A stretch of DNA of 64,000 nt from the IMG/VR virus record IMGVR_UViG_3300005826_000294, positions 124,001 to 188,000 of that record; one strand, 5' to 3'. The stretch's first letter is position 1; every line of letters begins with the position of its first letter. The notes under the pieces were generated by a model. The model did no database searches. It had not been told where the DNA came from and saw only the letters and a list, made by a program, of their open reading frames with translations. Positions 50,901-59,139 of this stretch are shown one piece after another. A program made the translations under genes and the position numbers.

Positions 50901-51985
50901 CCATCATCGCTAATAATAAAACTACTATTTTGTAAGATTTTACCTGTTGTCCCATCCCATCGAGCGGCGGCATTATCTGTAGAACTACCCGGTCCCGAAA
51001 TATCTCCAGATCCTGATCCTGATACAACATATTCAATATTTCCAGAACCAGAATTATATGCTAAAATATATCCATCAGCAATTCCTGAATCATCAACATT
51101 AACTCCCATAATTTGATAAGCATCTTGTCTATCAGCTAAAACCCCATTAAGCCCAGCAACATTTATTTCATCATCTCCACCATTTTGATGCCTTGGAGCA
51201 TGTAATAGAAAATCAGAATTAAGATTAGTTATTTCGCTTTGTAGATAAGCATCTTGAGAAATTGAATCAGAATTAAGATTAGTTAATTCACTCTGTAAAT
51301 AAGCATCTTGACTTATAGAATCAAAGTTTAAATTAGTTATTTCGCTTTGTAGATAAGCATCTTGAGAAATTGAATCAGAATTAAGATTAGTTAATTCACT
51401 CTGTAAATAAGCATCTTGACTTATAGAATCAGAGTTTAAATTGGTTATTTCACTCTGTAGATAAGCATCGGCAGAAATATAATCAATATAAATACTTGAA
51501 ATTTCACCTTGTAAATAGGCATCTTGACTTATAGAATCAGAGTTTAAATTAGTTAATTCACTCTGTAAATAAGCATCTTGATTTATAGAATCAGAGTTTA
51601 AATTAGTTAATTCACTCTGTAAATAAGCATCTTGATTTGTTATAGTTTGAAATATATCAGGTAAATCATATCCATCAACCAAATTAACATTAATTATATT
51701 ATAGCCCTCAAGATCCAAATTACCATTAATTGTAGTATTATTAATAACAATTTCAGAATCGGCCGCTTCTTGTGGAGTATTAGATGGATCTGTTTCAACA
51801 AAAACCCATCCTAAAGTTTCCATATAATTATCTAAATCATCTTTTGAAGTTGATGGTGCTGTAACATCCCAAACAACTAAAGAAGCAATATAACCAGAAG
51901 AAATAGAGGAAGCATCAGCAGGTGGAACTTGGTTTTTAACCTTATTAATATCTACACCAGAAAATTTATATCTATAAACAGGCAT
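47909..51985 (-). CDS. Long tail/head fibre with coiled-coil repeats and beta-helix domain
   Basis: 1358 aa; 17-aa repeats, HxxxHxxGGDD motifs, right-handed beta-helix in the C-terminal half. Confidence 0.7.
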   Translation of the reverse strand: MPVYRYKFSGVDINKVKNQVPPADASSISSGYIASLVVWDVTAPSTSKDDLDNYMETLGWVFVETDPSNTPQEAADSEIVINNTTINGNLDLEGYNIINVNLVDGYDLPDIFQTITNQDAYLQSELTNLNSDSINQDAYLQSELTNLNSDSISQDAYLQGEISSIYIDYISADAYLQSEITNLNSDSISQDAYLQSELTNLNSDSISQDAYLQSEITNLNFDSISQDAYLQSELTNLNSDSISQDAYLQSEITNLNSDFLLHAPRHQNGGDDEINVAGLNGVLADRQDAYQIMGVNVDDSGIADGYILAYNSGSGNIEYVVSGSGSGDISGPGSSTDNAAARWDGTTGKILQNSSFIISDDGRIATMGDPIQTDTAANIRSIAQSPYGINVGSTTSYDNVDIEDYGMAQFHSANQNFEVTGFSQVDHGKFMWVTNLSDYDLTLKHEDLGSTSTQRLALPNDSDLIIKSGSGVALSYTTTSSRWQCASIPGSLPLHASTHQSGGDDAIKLDDLASPDDNTDLNSTTSYHGLLPKLGGGIINYLRADGTWAEPPGGSGSSRALFFAYDAAGGIDIPDSPSWVDITLDTEVREDSAFTHTTDSAVVEINTDGWYEITYYMSFEVTGGNDGHALARLVLDTGGGYNEIGGSRIRSGVSKNDLSGGGSATILAELNDGDKIKIQATEFNDKDFITTANACGLVIRDAEASGATGPAGPGGGQTLYDAIVAPSGGDYTLPSAAFTSGAKSVFVRTGTYVETANIVVPDGGLLLGEDDCIIDLSNGYSVTIDGNGGTTEESGTISITSGTSAVVGSGTTFTNLSPGDFIAIGGTFYQIASITDNTHLTVAGTYEGLTISGQAMLGTSAVTSANIDNITLSGATGNALLVRGAISCIFRRMEIQGCNVGVVVEDSGSAAFSDIGVVQCGVGITYSNCRSVSFSGLVSGNVGNGIVVGSGCNTVAISSTNACNNGSNGILVQSGAVSTLISHCVLNYNDAEGIETAIGSNSTIISSCVSSNNGGVGIDTDGEEDVISMCTIENNVGEGIWTGEDSLVTSCHIASNGGSGIECTVDTNSLISNNHIHGNGSHGIYVTADANSTNILIASNRILNNTGDGIRIASGANTNNCYLADNLVTGHTTNINNGNSTTVRSVQAAGNPVQGDILYHNGTNWVRLGYGTSGYYLKTNGVGSNPSWAAVSGGSSIVPHKIFQADQLESPVSSDWAVNSLAPLIPDANNTALSVRAFDDTTVEGVGFTIRVPTGATNIILGFLSRRATAATTANVGLNLYKRAIPDNAVIPAWGSPTLLTNLSMPNNVYYQKDSQTIAISTLGLTVGVTYLFELCRNVPTDTLPGDWLLHSITIGWS
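51212..51637 (-). repeat. Eight in-frame 51-bp (17-aa) repeats QDAYLQSE(L/I)TNLNSDSI(S/N)
   Basis: Visible in the translation and at DNA level; one unit is degenerate. Confidence 0.9.
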
Positions 51986-52725
51986 TATGATGCTACCTCC
52001 AAACTAGCAACTATATTATCAGGACTACTGGAAATTGAAGAAGATTTATTTACTCTTATTGCTATAAGATCACCAGCAGATACATTTGCCGAATTTACTA
52101 AATCTGAACCATCTTGAGCAGTATTAGACATGGCAACTACTAATGAAGAACCAGATCCATTAACCAATACTGTATAAGTGATTGTGGCAGAACCAGATCC
52201 AGCGGAATTATGACGAACTCTAAGATTTTTAAGAACTCCAGAATATGGAATTCTCATTGAAGCAACAGTTGTCTCAGCAACAGAATCATCATATCCTGGA
52301 GTTAAATATCTAACTGTTGTTGAAGTAGCAATATCATCATCTCCCCATATTAAAATAGCATGAACAAGATCTCCTACCTGAACACTTTTCTTATTATAAC
52401 CATCAGCACTATCCTCTATAACTACTAAATCAGAAAATACTGGATCGGTTTTTCCACTAATACCACTGATTTCATTAGCAACATTATCATGAATCGCATC
52501 ATTATCAATGCTGGTTCCAGAGTTTGTTATTTCAACCCAAGTTGGAGTGGTTTCTGTTAAAACCCACCAGGTAAGAGTATCTATTTCTTTTGCTATTTTC
52601 CCAATATCAGTAGATGTAAAACCAGATGCTCCAGTTCGTGCCGAAGAATCTGCATATTCATATGCGTGTGAAATATGTATTCCATCTGTTATATCTTGCT
52701 GACTATGTTTAGGATGACAAGTCAT
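51985..52725 (-). CDS. Putative fibre/virion protein
   Basis: 246 aa, Ser/Thr-rich with beta-sandwich C-terminus, TAATG-coupled to the fibre gene. Confidence 0.5.
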   Translation of the reverse strand: MTCHPKHSQQDITDGIHISHAYEYADSSARTGASGFTSTDIGKIAKEIDTLTWWVLTETTPTWVEITNSGTSIDNDAIHDNVANEISGISGKTDPVFSDLVVIEDSADGYNKKSVQVGDLVHAILIWGDDDIATSTTVRYLTPGYDDSVAETTVASMRIPYSGVLKNLRVRHNSAGSGSATITYTVLVNGSGSSLVVAMSNTAQDGSDLVNSANVSAGDLIAIRVNKSSSISSSPDNIVASLEVAS

Positions 52726-52728
52726 AAT

Positions 52729-53376
52729 TTACCCCACAATCAATAGTATTCCATTATCATTTATTAGCCAACCGCATTCTCCAGTTAAAGGTAATGATGG
52801 TGTTAAATCTCCATCAACAGAATATAGTATCTGCCCACAACATGTTGGAGGTGTTATTGATATTTTAAGTTGTTCATTGCTTCCTTCGTTTTCAACACTA
52901 ATATCAATGCCATATCCCTCAATAATTTTATTTTCTAAATAACCTGCAGAAGTATCATTTGAAGATACTTTTACTAATTCATCTCCACCAGTGCTTCCAC
53001 CACCACCAGTTGTATTTATCCATATAGCAGATCCTGCTGTATTATCTATTAAAACATATTCATAACCATCTGTTGTATCAATCCACCTTAATCCAACATC
53101 ATATCCATCATTTATATCTTCATTGATTGTTGGAGAAATAGAAGAAATTACATATAACGAATCATCTCCGCTTCCAAGGTGTGTATTTATATGAAGATCT
53201 GGTGGTAATGTATCTGGATGTCTTAAATTAAAAACGCCATACGCATCCTTAGCATAGAAATAACCATCACTATATCGCATTTCACGTATAGATCCAGGTA
53301 ATCCATAACCATCTTCAAGAAATTTAATTCCATCAGCTTGGTTAATTCCAGCAAATTCATCTGGAGTGCGAGGCAT
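52729..53376 (-). CDS. Putative fibre/virion protein (four DGY)
   Basis: 'PT...D...GYDVG.RWI.T....Y...DNT.G.A.W' module typical of phage fibres. Confidence 0.55.
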   Translation of the reverse strand: MPRTPDEFAGINQADGIKFLEDGYGLPGSIREMRYSDGYFYAKDAYGVFNLRHPDTLPPDLHINTHLGSGDDSLYVISSISPTINEDINDGYDVGLRWIDTTDGYEYVLIDNTAGSAIWINTTGGGGSTGGDELVKVSSNDTSAGYLENKIIEGYGIDISVENEGSNEQLKISITPPTCCGQILYSVDGDLTPSLPLTGECGWLINDNGILLIVG

Positions 53377-53385
53377 TAAAACTCC

Positions 53386-53643
53386 TTATTTTTTTATGAA
53401 TCCATACGTATTTGGATCAAAAACCCAATCCTCTTCATCAGGCATCCCTCTATTCTTAGCTAATGCTCTTAAATGATTCATAAATTCGTTTTCTAATGAA
53501 CTTAATCTTTCTAATAGAGTTTGTTCAGTTCTTAAAGCCTGACGCCTAACAGAACCTATGGCGGCCATAGAATCTTTAATATCTTGCTGATACTTTTGAA
53601 CAGCCTGCTTTTCTTCAATAGTTAAAACCATATTCTCTTCCAT
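53386..53643 (-). CDS. Small coiled-coil protein (possible fibre chaperone)
   Basis: 85 aa helical, upstream of the fibre genes. Confidence 0.45.
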   Translation of the reverse strand: MEENMVLTIEEKQAVQKYQQDIKDSMAAIGSVRRQALRTEQTLLERLSSLENEFMNHLRALAKNRGMPDEEDWVFDPNTYGFIKK

Positions 53644-53646
53644 TAC

Positions 53647-53955
53647 TTACTCCTTATCTTTTCCTATCGTTAATACAAGAGGATTATGTTTAATCCTCCA
53701 AAACTCTTTAGGGATTGGAGGGTTCTCCCCTTTTCTAAACCACATTAATTTTTGCCCATCTGTAGTATGATATAAACCAATAATAATAAGATCTCCAGAA
53801 TGTACACAGCCATGACAGTTTGGACACAATATTGCTAGGTTATTGTCAGAATTAGTACTTCTTTCATCAGATCTTGGAATGATATGATGTCTATGTAAAA
53901 TAGCTTTCTTTTGAAGCCCACAAATCTCACAATTTACCTTTGGTCTTAACGCCAT
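53647..53955 (-). CDS. Small HNH endonuclease
   Basis: 'CEICG...HRHHIIP...NNLAILCPNCHGCVH'. Confidence 0.85.
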   Translation of the reverse strand: MALRPKVNCEICGLQKKAILHRHHIIPRSDERSTNSDNNLAILCPNCHGCVHSGDLIIIGLYHTTDGQKLMWFRKGENPPIPKEFWRIKHNPLVLTIGKDKE

Positions 53956-54389
53956 TATTCTTCCTTATCTGATGCTATAATTGGTATATCAGAATCTACA
54001 TCTATTGATTTACTTTCTATATCAAGTTGTTTTAGATATTCTTCATCTTCATTCATAACCAAATCTTTTACCTCTTCATCAATATCACCTACTTCTATTA
54101 CTATAGATGATTTTCTTCTTTGCGGAAAAGTAATTGCTGATGGATCAGCCATCTCTTTTAGAGGTAATTCTGGTTCTTTAATACGATTAACTTTCATTAA
54201 ACATCTTCCAAGATATTTTGATATAGAACCATTTTCTTCAGAACTTAATATATCTTTAACGGTTACGCGACTTTTCTTAGCAAGCAAATTTCTAGCCTTA
54301 CCTGCAGGGATTTTAACCCGAAGGTCGCCAAGATTAATGTCGCGTCCCGTTATATTTTTTAGGATATATTCAGATCCAATATTTTTCAT
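53955..54389 (-). CDS. Hypothetical protein
   Basis: 144 aa, TAATG-coupled on both sides. Confidence 0.55.
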   Translation of the reverse strand: MKNIGSEYILKNITGRDINLGDLRVKIPAGKARNLLAKKSRVTVKDILSSEENGSISKYLGRCLMKVNRIKEPELPLKEMADPSAITFPQRRKSSIVIEVGDIDEEVKDLVMNEDEEYLKQLDIESKSIDVDSDIPIIASDKEE

Positions 54390-54631
54390 TACTCCTCATT
54401 CATGGGTTCTTCTAACACTACAACATTCTCTGCCTGAGGGCCAGTGTTATTTGTCCCAAGAGTAAAAGAAACCTTTTGTCCAGCGGTTAAGGTCTTAAAA
54501 GCACCAGGCTCCGCTACAATATTAGTATAATGGACAAATAAATCCTTTCCTCCATCTTCAGGCTTACAAAACCCAAAACCTAAATTGTTATTAAACCATA
54601 TCACTTCACCCTTCATTACTTGATCTGTCAT
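54389..54631 (-). CDS. csp: Cold-shock domain RNA chaperone
   Basis: 'GEVIWFN...GFGF...DLFVHYTNI...FKTL..GQKVSF...GPQAENV' with RNP1 and RNP2. Confidence 0.92.
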   Translation of the reverse strand: MTDQVMKGEVIWFNNNLGFGFCKPEDGGKDLFVHYTNIVAEPGAFKTLTAGQKVSFTLGTNNTGPQAENVVVLEEPMNEE

Positions 54632-55721
54632 TTTTCATTTTCTCCTTTACTTCTTTACTAATGCGGGTTCGTCCCGCATCAACTTCACAAATAGTACTTA
54701 CATTTACACCATACTTTTCCGCAACTTCATAAAAAGTATATTCCTTTAAATCATTAATAATATTCTCTACATCATTTCTAGATAATCTGTTTTTATCTAA
54801 ATGATTCATATTATTTTGCTTTAAAACATTTGAAACAAAAACTATAGAAACATCATTTTCTTTAGCAATATCTTTCTTTTTTCTGCCTTTTATTCTTTCA
54901 TTAATAATATTTTCTCTAATTAAATTATAATCTTTTTGTTCTATCCATTCAACATTTAATTTATTTATTTTTACAAGATTTTTTACAAGTTCATATTTTC
55001 TATCCAATATTGTGAAATCATAAGCATTTTTGAATAACCATTTAATTGTATTTGTATATTTATTTTTTCCTTGAATTTGAAGTTTAAAAGACCCAGTATC
55101 ATATAATATAGTGGTTTGAGTATTAATAGTTCCAAAGTTATTCAAACAATTCTTAATCCATTGTAACACTTCTTTTGTTCCTCTAGCAGTCATATTATTA
55201 TATTTTGGAGAATAAGATCCATCTCCATCTATATAACCTCTAATAAAGGATCTAATATTTTCTTCTTTAGAAATATTTGGTGGAATAAGAGTTTTAGCTT
55301 TCCTTGGAGTTATATTAAAATTTTTTAATAAATCTTCAACTATATAATCATTTATTATATGAACTGATGCTGTTTCTCTTGTTTTTCTTTCATTAATAGT
55401 TCCATTAAAACATAGCACAGAACAAAGTTTTTGTAAATGTTTAATATCTTTTTTATGTATTTCTAATGATAAATTATTATAATGAACACATCCATCAGCG
55501 GCTAAAAATCCTGCCCAATAAGAATTAATATTATTAGGTTGCTGAAAAAATCTTTTATTTAGAGTAAATCTTCTTTTATCTCCAATATTGTAGTGTAAGT
55601 TATAAACTCTATTTCTTATAGTAGATCTTGAAACATTCATAGTTTCAGCGATTTTTCTTTCAGAAATTCCCTTTCTATATAAATAATTTATTTTTTCTAC
55701 ATCTACAGATATTTTTTTCAT
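54606..55721 (-). CDS. LAGLIDADG homing endonuclease with flanking HTHs
   Basis: YWAGFLAADG and FIRGYIDGDG. Confidence 0.85.
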   Translation of the reverse strand: MKKISVDVEKINYLYRKGISERKIAETMNVSRSTIRNRVYNLHYNIGDKRRFTLNKRFFQQPNNINSYWAGFLAADGCVHYNNLSLEIHKKDIKHLQKLCSVLCFNGTINERKTRETASVHIINDYIVEDLLKNFNITPRKAKTLIPPNISKEENIRSFIRGYIDGDGSYSPKYNNMTARGTKEVLQWIKNCLNNFGTINTQTTILYDTGSFKLQIQGKNKYTNTIKWLFKNAYDFTILDRKYELVKNLVKINKLNVEWIEQKDYNLIRENIINERIKGRKKKDIAKENDVSIVFVSNVLKQNNMNHLDKNRLSRNDVENIINDLKEYTFYEVAEKYGVNVSTICEVDAGRTRISKEVKEKMKNDRSSNEG

Positions 55722-55930
55722 TTATTTTCAAAATGACAATATTGAATATCAAAACAAATATGATCACATTGATCTTTATATGTAATTGTTCCGTACTTAA
55801 TAACTTCATTTATATTTTTATGATTTAGAATATGAAAATCTCTTATTACTACCATTTTTCCTTTTGGAGCTTTAATTATAGGGAGACCAGATATTTTAAG
55901 AGTTCTTCCTTTAGATTGAACATATACCAT
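55718..55930 (-). CDS. Hypothetical protein
   Basis: 70 aa ORF filling the operon. Confidence 0.4.
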   Translation of the reverse strand: MVYVQSKGRTLKISGLPIIKAPKGKMVVIRDFHILNHKNINEVIKYGTITYKDQCDHICFDIQYCHFENK

Positions 55931-55932
55931 TC

Positions 55933-56157
55933 TTACTCTCCTTTGGTAAATTCTTTATTAATTGTTAAATCACTATGAATATCTAATAAAGCCTGTACTT
56001 GTAATATTGCCGCCTTAGACATATCTTCTTTTTCACTATCCGGAGCGAGAGCAATTGCTCTATCCCATTTATCAAAAAGATTTTGTAAATCTCTATCTGC
56101 TCCTATTCTTTTAGCATAATCCAACAATCCTTGTCGGACTTGTTTCTCAGTCTTCAT
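55933..56157 (-). CDS. Hypothetical helical protein
   Basis: 74 aa with an SD. Confidence 0.5.
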   Translation of the reverse strand: MKTEKQVRQGLLDYAKRIGADRDLQNLFDKWDRAIALAPDSEKEDMSKAAILQVQALLDIHSDLTINKEFTKGE

Positions 56158-56167
56158 TTATTACTCC

Positions 56168-56458
56168 TTAATAACCAGGCCAGAAATAATCATCATCAAA
56201 ATTTTTTCTTTTTACATGGGGACATGAATCCTCATATATTCCCCAAAGACGGGAAATTTCATTATCTTGTAAATCATTATTCATATATAAGGAATCTTCA
56301 ACAGTCATGAAAGCAGCGACAACATTTTTTAACCAGTTCTCCTGCTCGGGGGTAGGTTCTTCCGTGCTTCCATATTTCACTTGTTCTAATGTTCCTCGGG
56401 ACATTATATGTCCACCAGTATTATATGTTATTCCATCTGAGCGTTTTATGAAACTCAT
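56168..56458 (-). CDS. Hypothetical protein
   Basis: 96 aa, TAATG-coupled. Confidence 0.5.
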   Translation of the reverse strand: MSFIKRSDGITYNTGGHIMSRGTLEQVKYGSTEEPTPEQENWLKNVVAAFMTVEDSLYMNNDLQDNEISRLWGIYEDSCPHVKRKNFDDDYFWPGY

Positions 56459-56736
56459 TATTTTGCCCAGGCTTCAACTCGCACCGTGCTAGCTCCTCCA
56501 ACATAACGGAACCACACCTTTGATTCTACTCTATTATCAAATACTAATCCTGCAGAAGCATCACTTGGATTTAAATTTCCATGAACAATGTCCCCATCAA
56601 ATGAATACTCAACAATATTTGCTCCTGTATTTAAAAAAGAAAATCCTTGTGATAAGAATTCAAAATTTACTTGAGGGGCGGATGGAAAAACCGCTACATC
56701 TACAGTTACTTCATCAAAATAATTCCATTTAGACAT
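56458..56736 (-). CDS. Small beta-sandwich protein, possible capsid decoration
   Basis: 92 aa, first gene after the putative late promoter. Confidence 0.45.
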   Translation of the reverse strand: MSKWNYFDEVTVDVAVFPSAPQVNFEFLSQGFSFLNTGANIVEYSFDGDIVHGNLNPSDASAGLVFDNRVESKVWFRYVGGASTVRVEAWAK

Positions 56737-56770
56737 ATCAAAGCTCCATTAATCTATAATAATGATCCTA

Positions 56771-56786
56771 TATTGATAGATTTTTT
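56771..56786 (-). promoter_or_regulatory. Putative late promoter AAAAAATCTATCAATA
   Basis: 15/16 match to the other two copies; intergenic. Confidence 0.6.
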
Positions 56787-56804
56787 CTTTAATTTTTATT
56801 AATT

Positions 56805-57671
56805 CTATGGTGTTGTTACGTTTATTGTAGCCCCAGAGGCTCCTATATTACCACTGGCAAGATAATTTAAAAACATATTAATTGTTCCATTTGATCCATT
56901 ATATGCTGTGTTCGAAGCACCAACATCAATAGTACTTATATTAAGATTTATAAAACCTGCTCCTCCTGCCCCATGCCAAACTCCAATTAAACCTGTTAAT
57001 GTTCCCAACTGGACAATATGATCTACTCTTCCAACAACACTAGAAGTTCCATAATTTCCAACACCAACAGCATTATTTGCTTGTAAATATAAATCTCCTA
57101 CTTTAACGTGCATGTGCCCACCAGCAATAACATCACATCCAACACCAACACGTTCAGTGAAAATAGAATTTACATTAGCTAAAATTACTGCTGGGGCTAC
57201 TACAGCACCAGTATCAAAATTAAATACTCCAACACCTACTGTTCCAGTCTGTACAATTTTATCAGCATATAACCAATTTGTCCCGCCATTTCCTGTTAAA
57301 GCTTTATAAACTGCTGTTTTTTGAGCAGAAATAATAGAATGAAATGTAACAGATGAATTATCTCCAGTAAATTCTACTACTCCATTATAATAACCTCCAC
57401 CACTATCTTGAATTGTAGCACTTGGAGCATATACACTACGATTTTCAGGAACAATAATACTTTCATTATAAATTCCCGAATCTAAACAAACTACTACAAT
57501 ACCAGCACTAGAAGCAGATAAAGCCGCTCCAAATGTAAGAAATGCTTTTTCAATAGTTTTCCCATCATTAGAATCGCTTCCATGCTTTCCAACCCATAAT
57601 ATATTTTGATTATCTATTAAAGGAGCAAATGAACTGCTTATACTCCCAGAAATTCCTAAAAAACTGCTCAT
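56805..57671 (-). CDS. Pectin-lyase-like beta-helix protein
   Basis: 'WVGKHGSDSNDGKTIEKAFLT...A...GIYNESI' start motif of beta-helix enzymes. Confidence 0.6.
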   Translation of the reverse strand: MSSFLGISGSISSSFAPLIDNQNILWVGKHGSDSNDGKTIEKAFLTFGAALSASSAGIVVVCLDSGIYNESIIVPENRSVYAPSATIQDSGGGYYNGVVEFTGDNSSVTFHSIISAQKTAVYKALTGNGGTNWLYADKIVQTGTVGVGVFNFDTGAVVAPAVILANVNSIFTERVGVGCDVIAGGHMHVKVGDLYLQANNAVGVGNYGTSSVVGRVDHIVQLGTLTGLIGVWHGAGGAGFINLNISTIDVGASNTAYNGSNGTINMFLNYLASGNIGASGATINVTTP

Positions 57672-57680
57672 CTTATCCTC

Positions 57681-58043
57681 CTATTTATAGACATCAGCAT
57701 AACCTTCTTTTAATAAGTGGTCATTAAGTAATATCTCTTCTCCATCTATAGTAAAATACAAATCAATTAACCATCTTCCATATTTATCAGGTTTATAAGT
57801 AATTGCTCGTAAATATTGAGATTTATTAAGACATTCTTCTACATACGCTTTAGCTTTTAAGCCGGCTTCTTTTTCTATTCCACGCACTTCTGGCGTATTT
57901 ATTCTTGCTAAACGAAAATTCATTTCAGTAGATATAGTCTGTAAAATATGAAAACCTATATCTATATCTTTATATAGTCTTAGACGAACAGTATCGCCAT
58001 CTACCACTCTTACAAGTTCTGCTCTATAGTTATATTCAGTCAT
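57681..58043 (-). CDS. Thermonuclease (SNase-like)
   Basis: 'RVVDGDT', 'RLARINTPE', 'DKYGRWL', 'LLKEGYA'. Confidence 0.88.
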   Translation of the reverse strand: MTEYNYRAELVRVVDGDTVRLRLYKDIDIGFHILQTISTEMNFRLARINTPEVRGIEKEAGLKAKAYVEECLNKSQYLRAITYKPDKYGRWLIDLYFTIDGEEILLNDHLLKEGYADVYK

Positions 58044-58116
58044 AATTAAACTCCATATTATATTTAATAATATTAATATATAGATACACTACTCCTATGA
58101 TAAAAATAATTTTTAA

Positions 58117-59139
58117 TTATTGTTTTGTGAATATATAGACGGGTTCTAATTTGGAGGTTCCTGCGGTTTTATTTAGATGACTACGAATGGTCTTCAGGTG
58201 GATGGTCTCTTTATAAACAAATTTATCATTTGCCATTTCAAACATTTTAGGAAAATTAATTACATTTAATGCGAAATACTTATTCGGCTTTAACATTCTA
58301 TAAACATTATCTAATGTATTTTTCCAATATATATTATAAAAATAATCTTCTCCTTTATTATATGCTTGTGAATCATCTGAACTATAAACTTCCTGATTAA
58401 AATATGGAGGAGAAGACATAGCAAAATCTATTGTATTTTCTCCTAGAAATGTATTTTCCGAAACTCCATTTATTAGTTTATAATTTTTAAAATTAAAATG
58501 TTTAGCCATAGCTTCAAGTTCAAAAGAAGTCAAAGGATCTACCCCAACATATTGTCTATTACAGGACATTGCTCCTAATAATCTTCCTCCAAATCCCATA
58601 CTATAATCATATACAATATCATTTTTTTTAGAATATCTTTCATATAAAAATTTAGCAATTGTAGGCTTAAACATACTTATCATAGGGATTTTTCTTGCTG
58701 ATCTAAATCCTTGGACTATCTGTCTAAAACTAATTTGAAATGCTTCAATATCATTCTCATGTTTTTTCTTATACCAATCTATACCAAGTCTATTTTGAAT
58801 TACACTTTTTAAAACATTATCATCTTGGAATAACTCTATAATATTTTTCTTTTTAGGTTCAGTTGATCCAAAAAATGATTTACAAAAATACTTACATATA
58901 AAAGTCCCAACACTACTATTATTAAATAAAACATCTTCTTCTACATTACATTTAAAATCAACAAGTCTCTTCCATTCACTATCTACCTTTTTTATATCAT
59001 CTGGATACATAAATCCTATGTTTCTAAAATATTGGAAAATAGGTTCTATTAATTCTATTCTTTCTTCTTTACTTAATGATTCAACATACTTTTTTGTTAA
59101 TTTATTTTCATTAATTGTAATTACGTCATTAAAATTCAT
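58117..59139 (-). CDS. Amino (N4-C/N6-A) DNA methyltransferase
   Basis: Motif I 'YDYSMGFGGRLLG' followed by motif IV 'SSPPYF'. Confidence 0.85.
   Translation of the reverse strand: MNFNDVITINENKLTKKYVESLSKEERIELIEPIFQYFRNIGFMYPDDIKKVDSEWKRLVDFKCNVEEDVLFNNSSVGTFICKYFCKSFFGSTEPKKKNIIELFQDDNVLKSVIQNRLGIDWYKKKHENDIEAFQISFRQIVQGFRSARKIPMISMFKPTIAKFLYERYSKKNDIVYDYSMGFGGRLLGAMSCNRQYVGVDPLTSFELEAMAKHFNFKNYKLINGVSENTFLGENTIDFAMSSPPYFNQEVYSSDDSQAYNKGEDYFYNIYWKNTLDNVYRMLKPNKYFALNVINFPKMFEMANDKFVYKETIHLKTIRSHLNKTAGTSKLEPVYIFTKQ

Noticed and set aside
13065-53376. GATGGATAT as a DNA-level repeat or binding site explaining DGY
   Set aside because: Synonymous variants occur at all three codons and the motif is in frame wherever I checked. 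The one copy at 32800-32809 overlaps a nuclease start codon and may be incidental.
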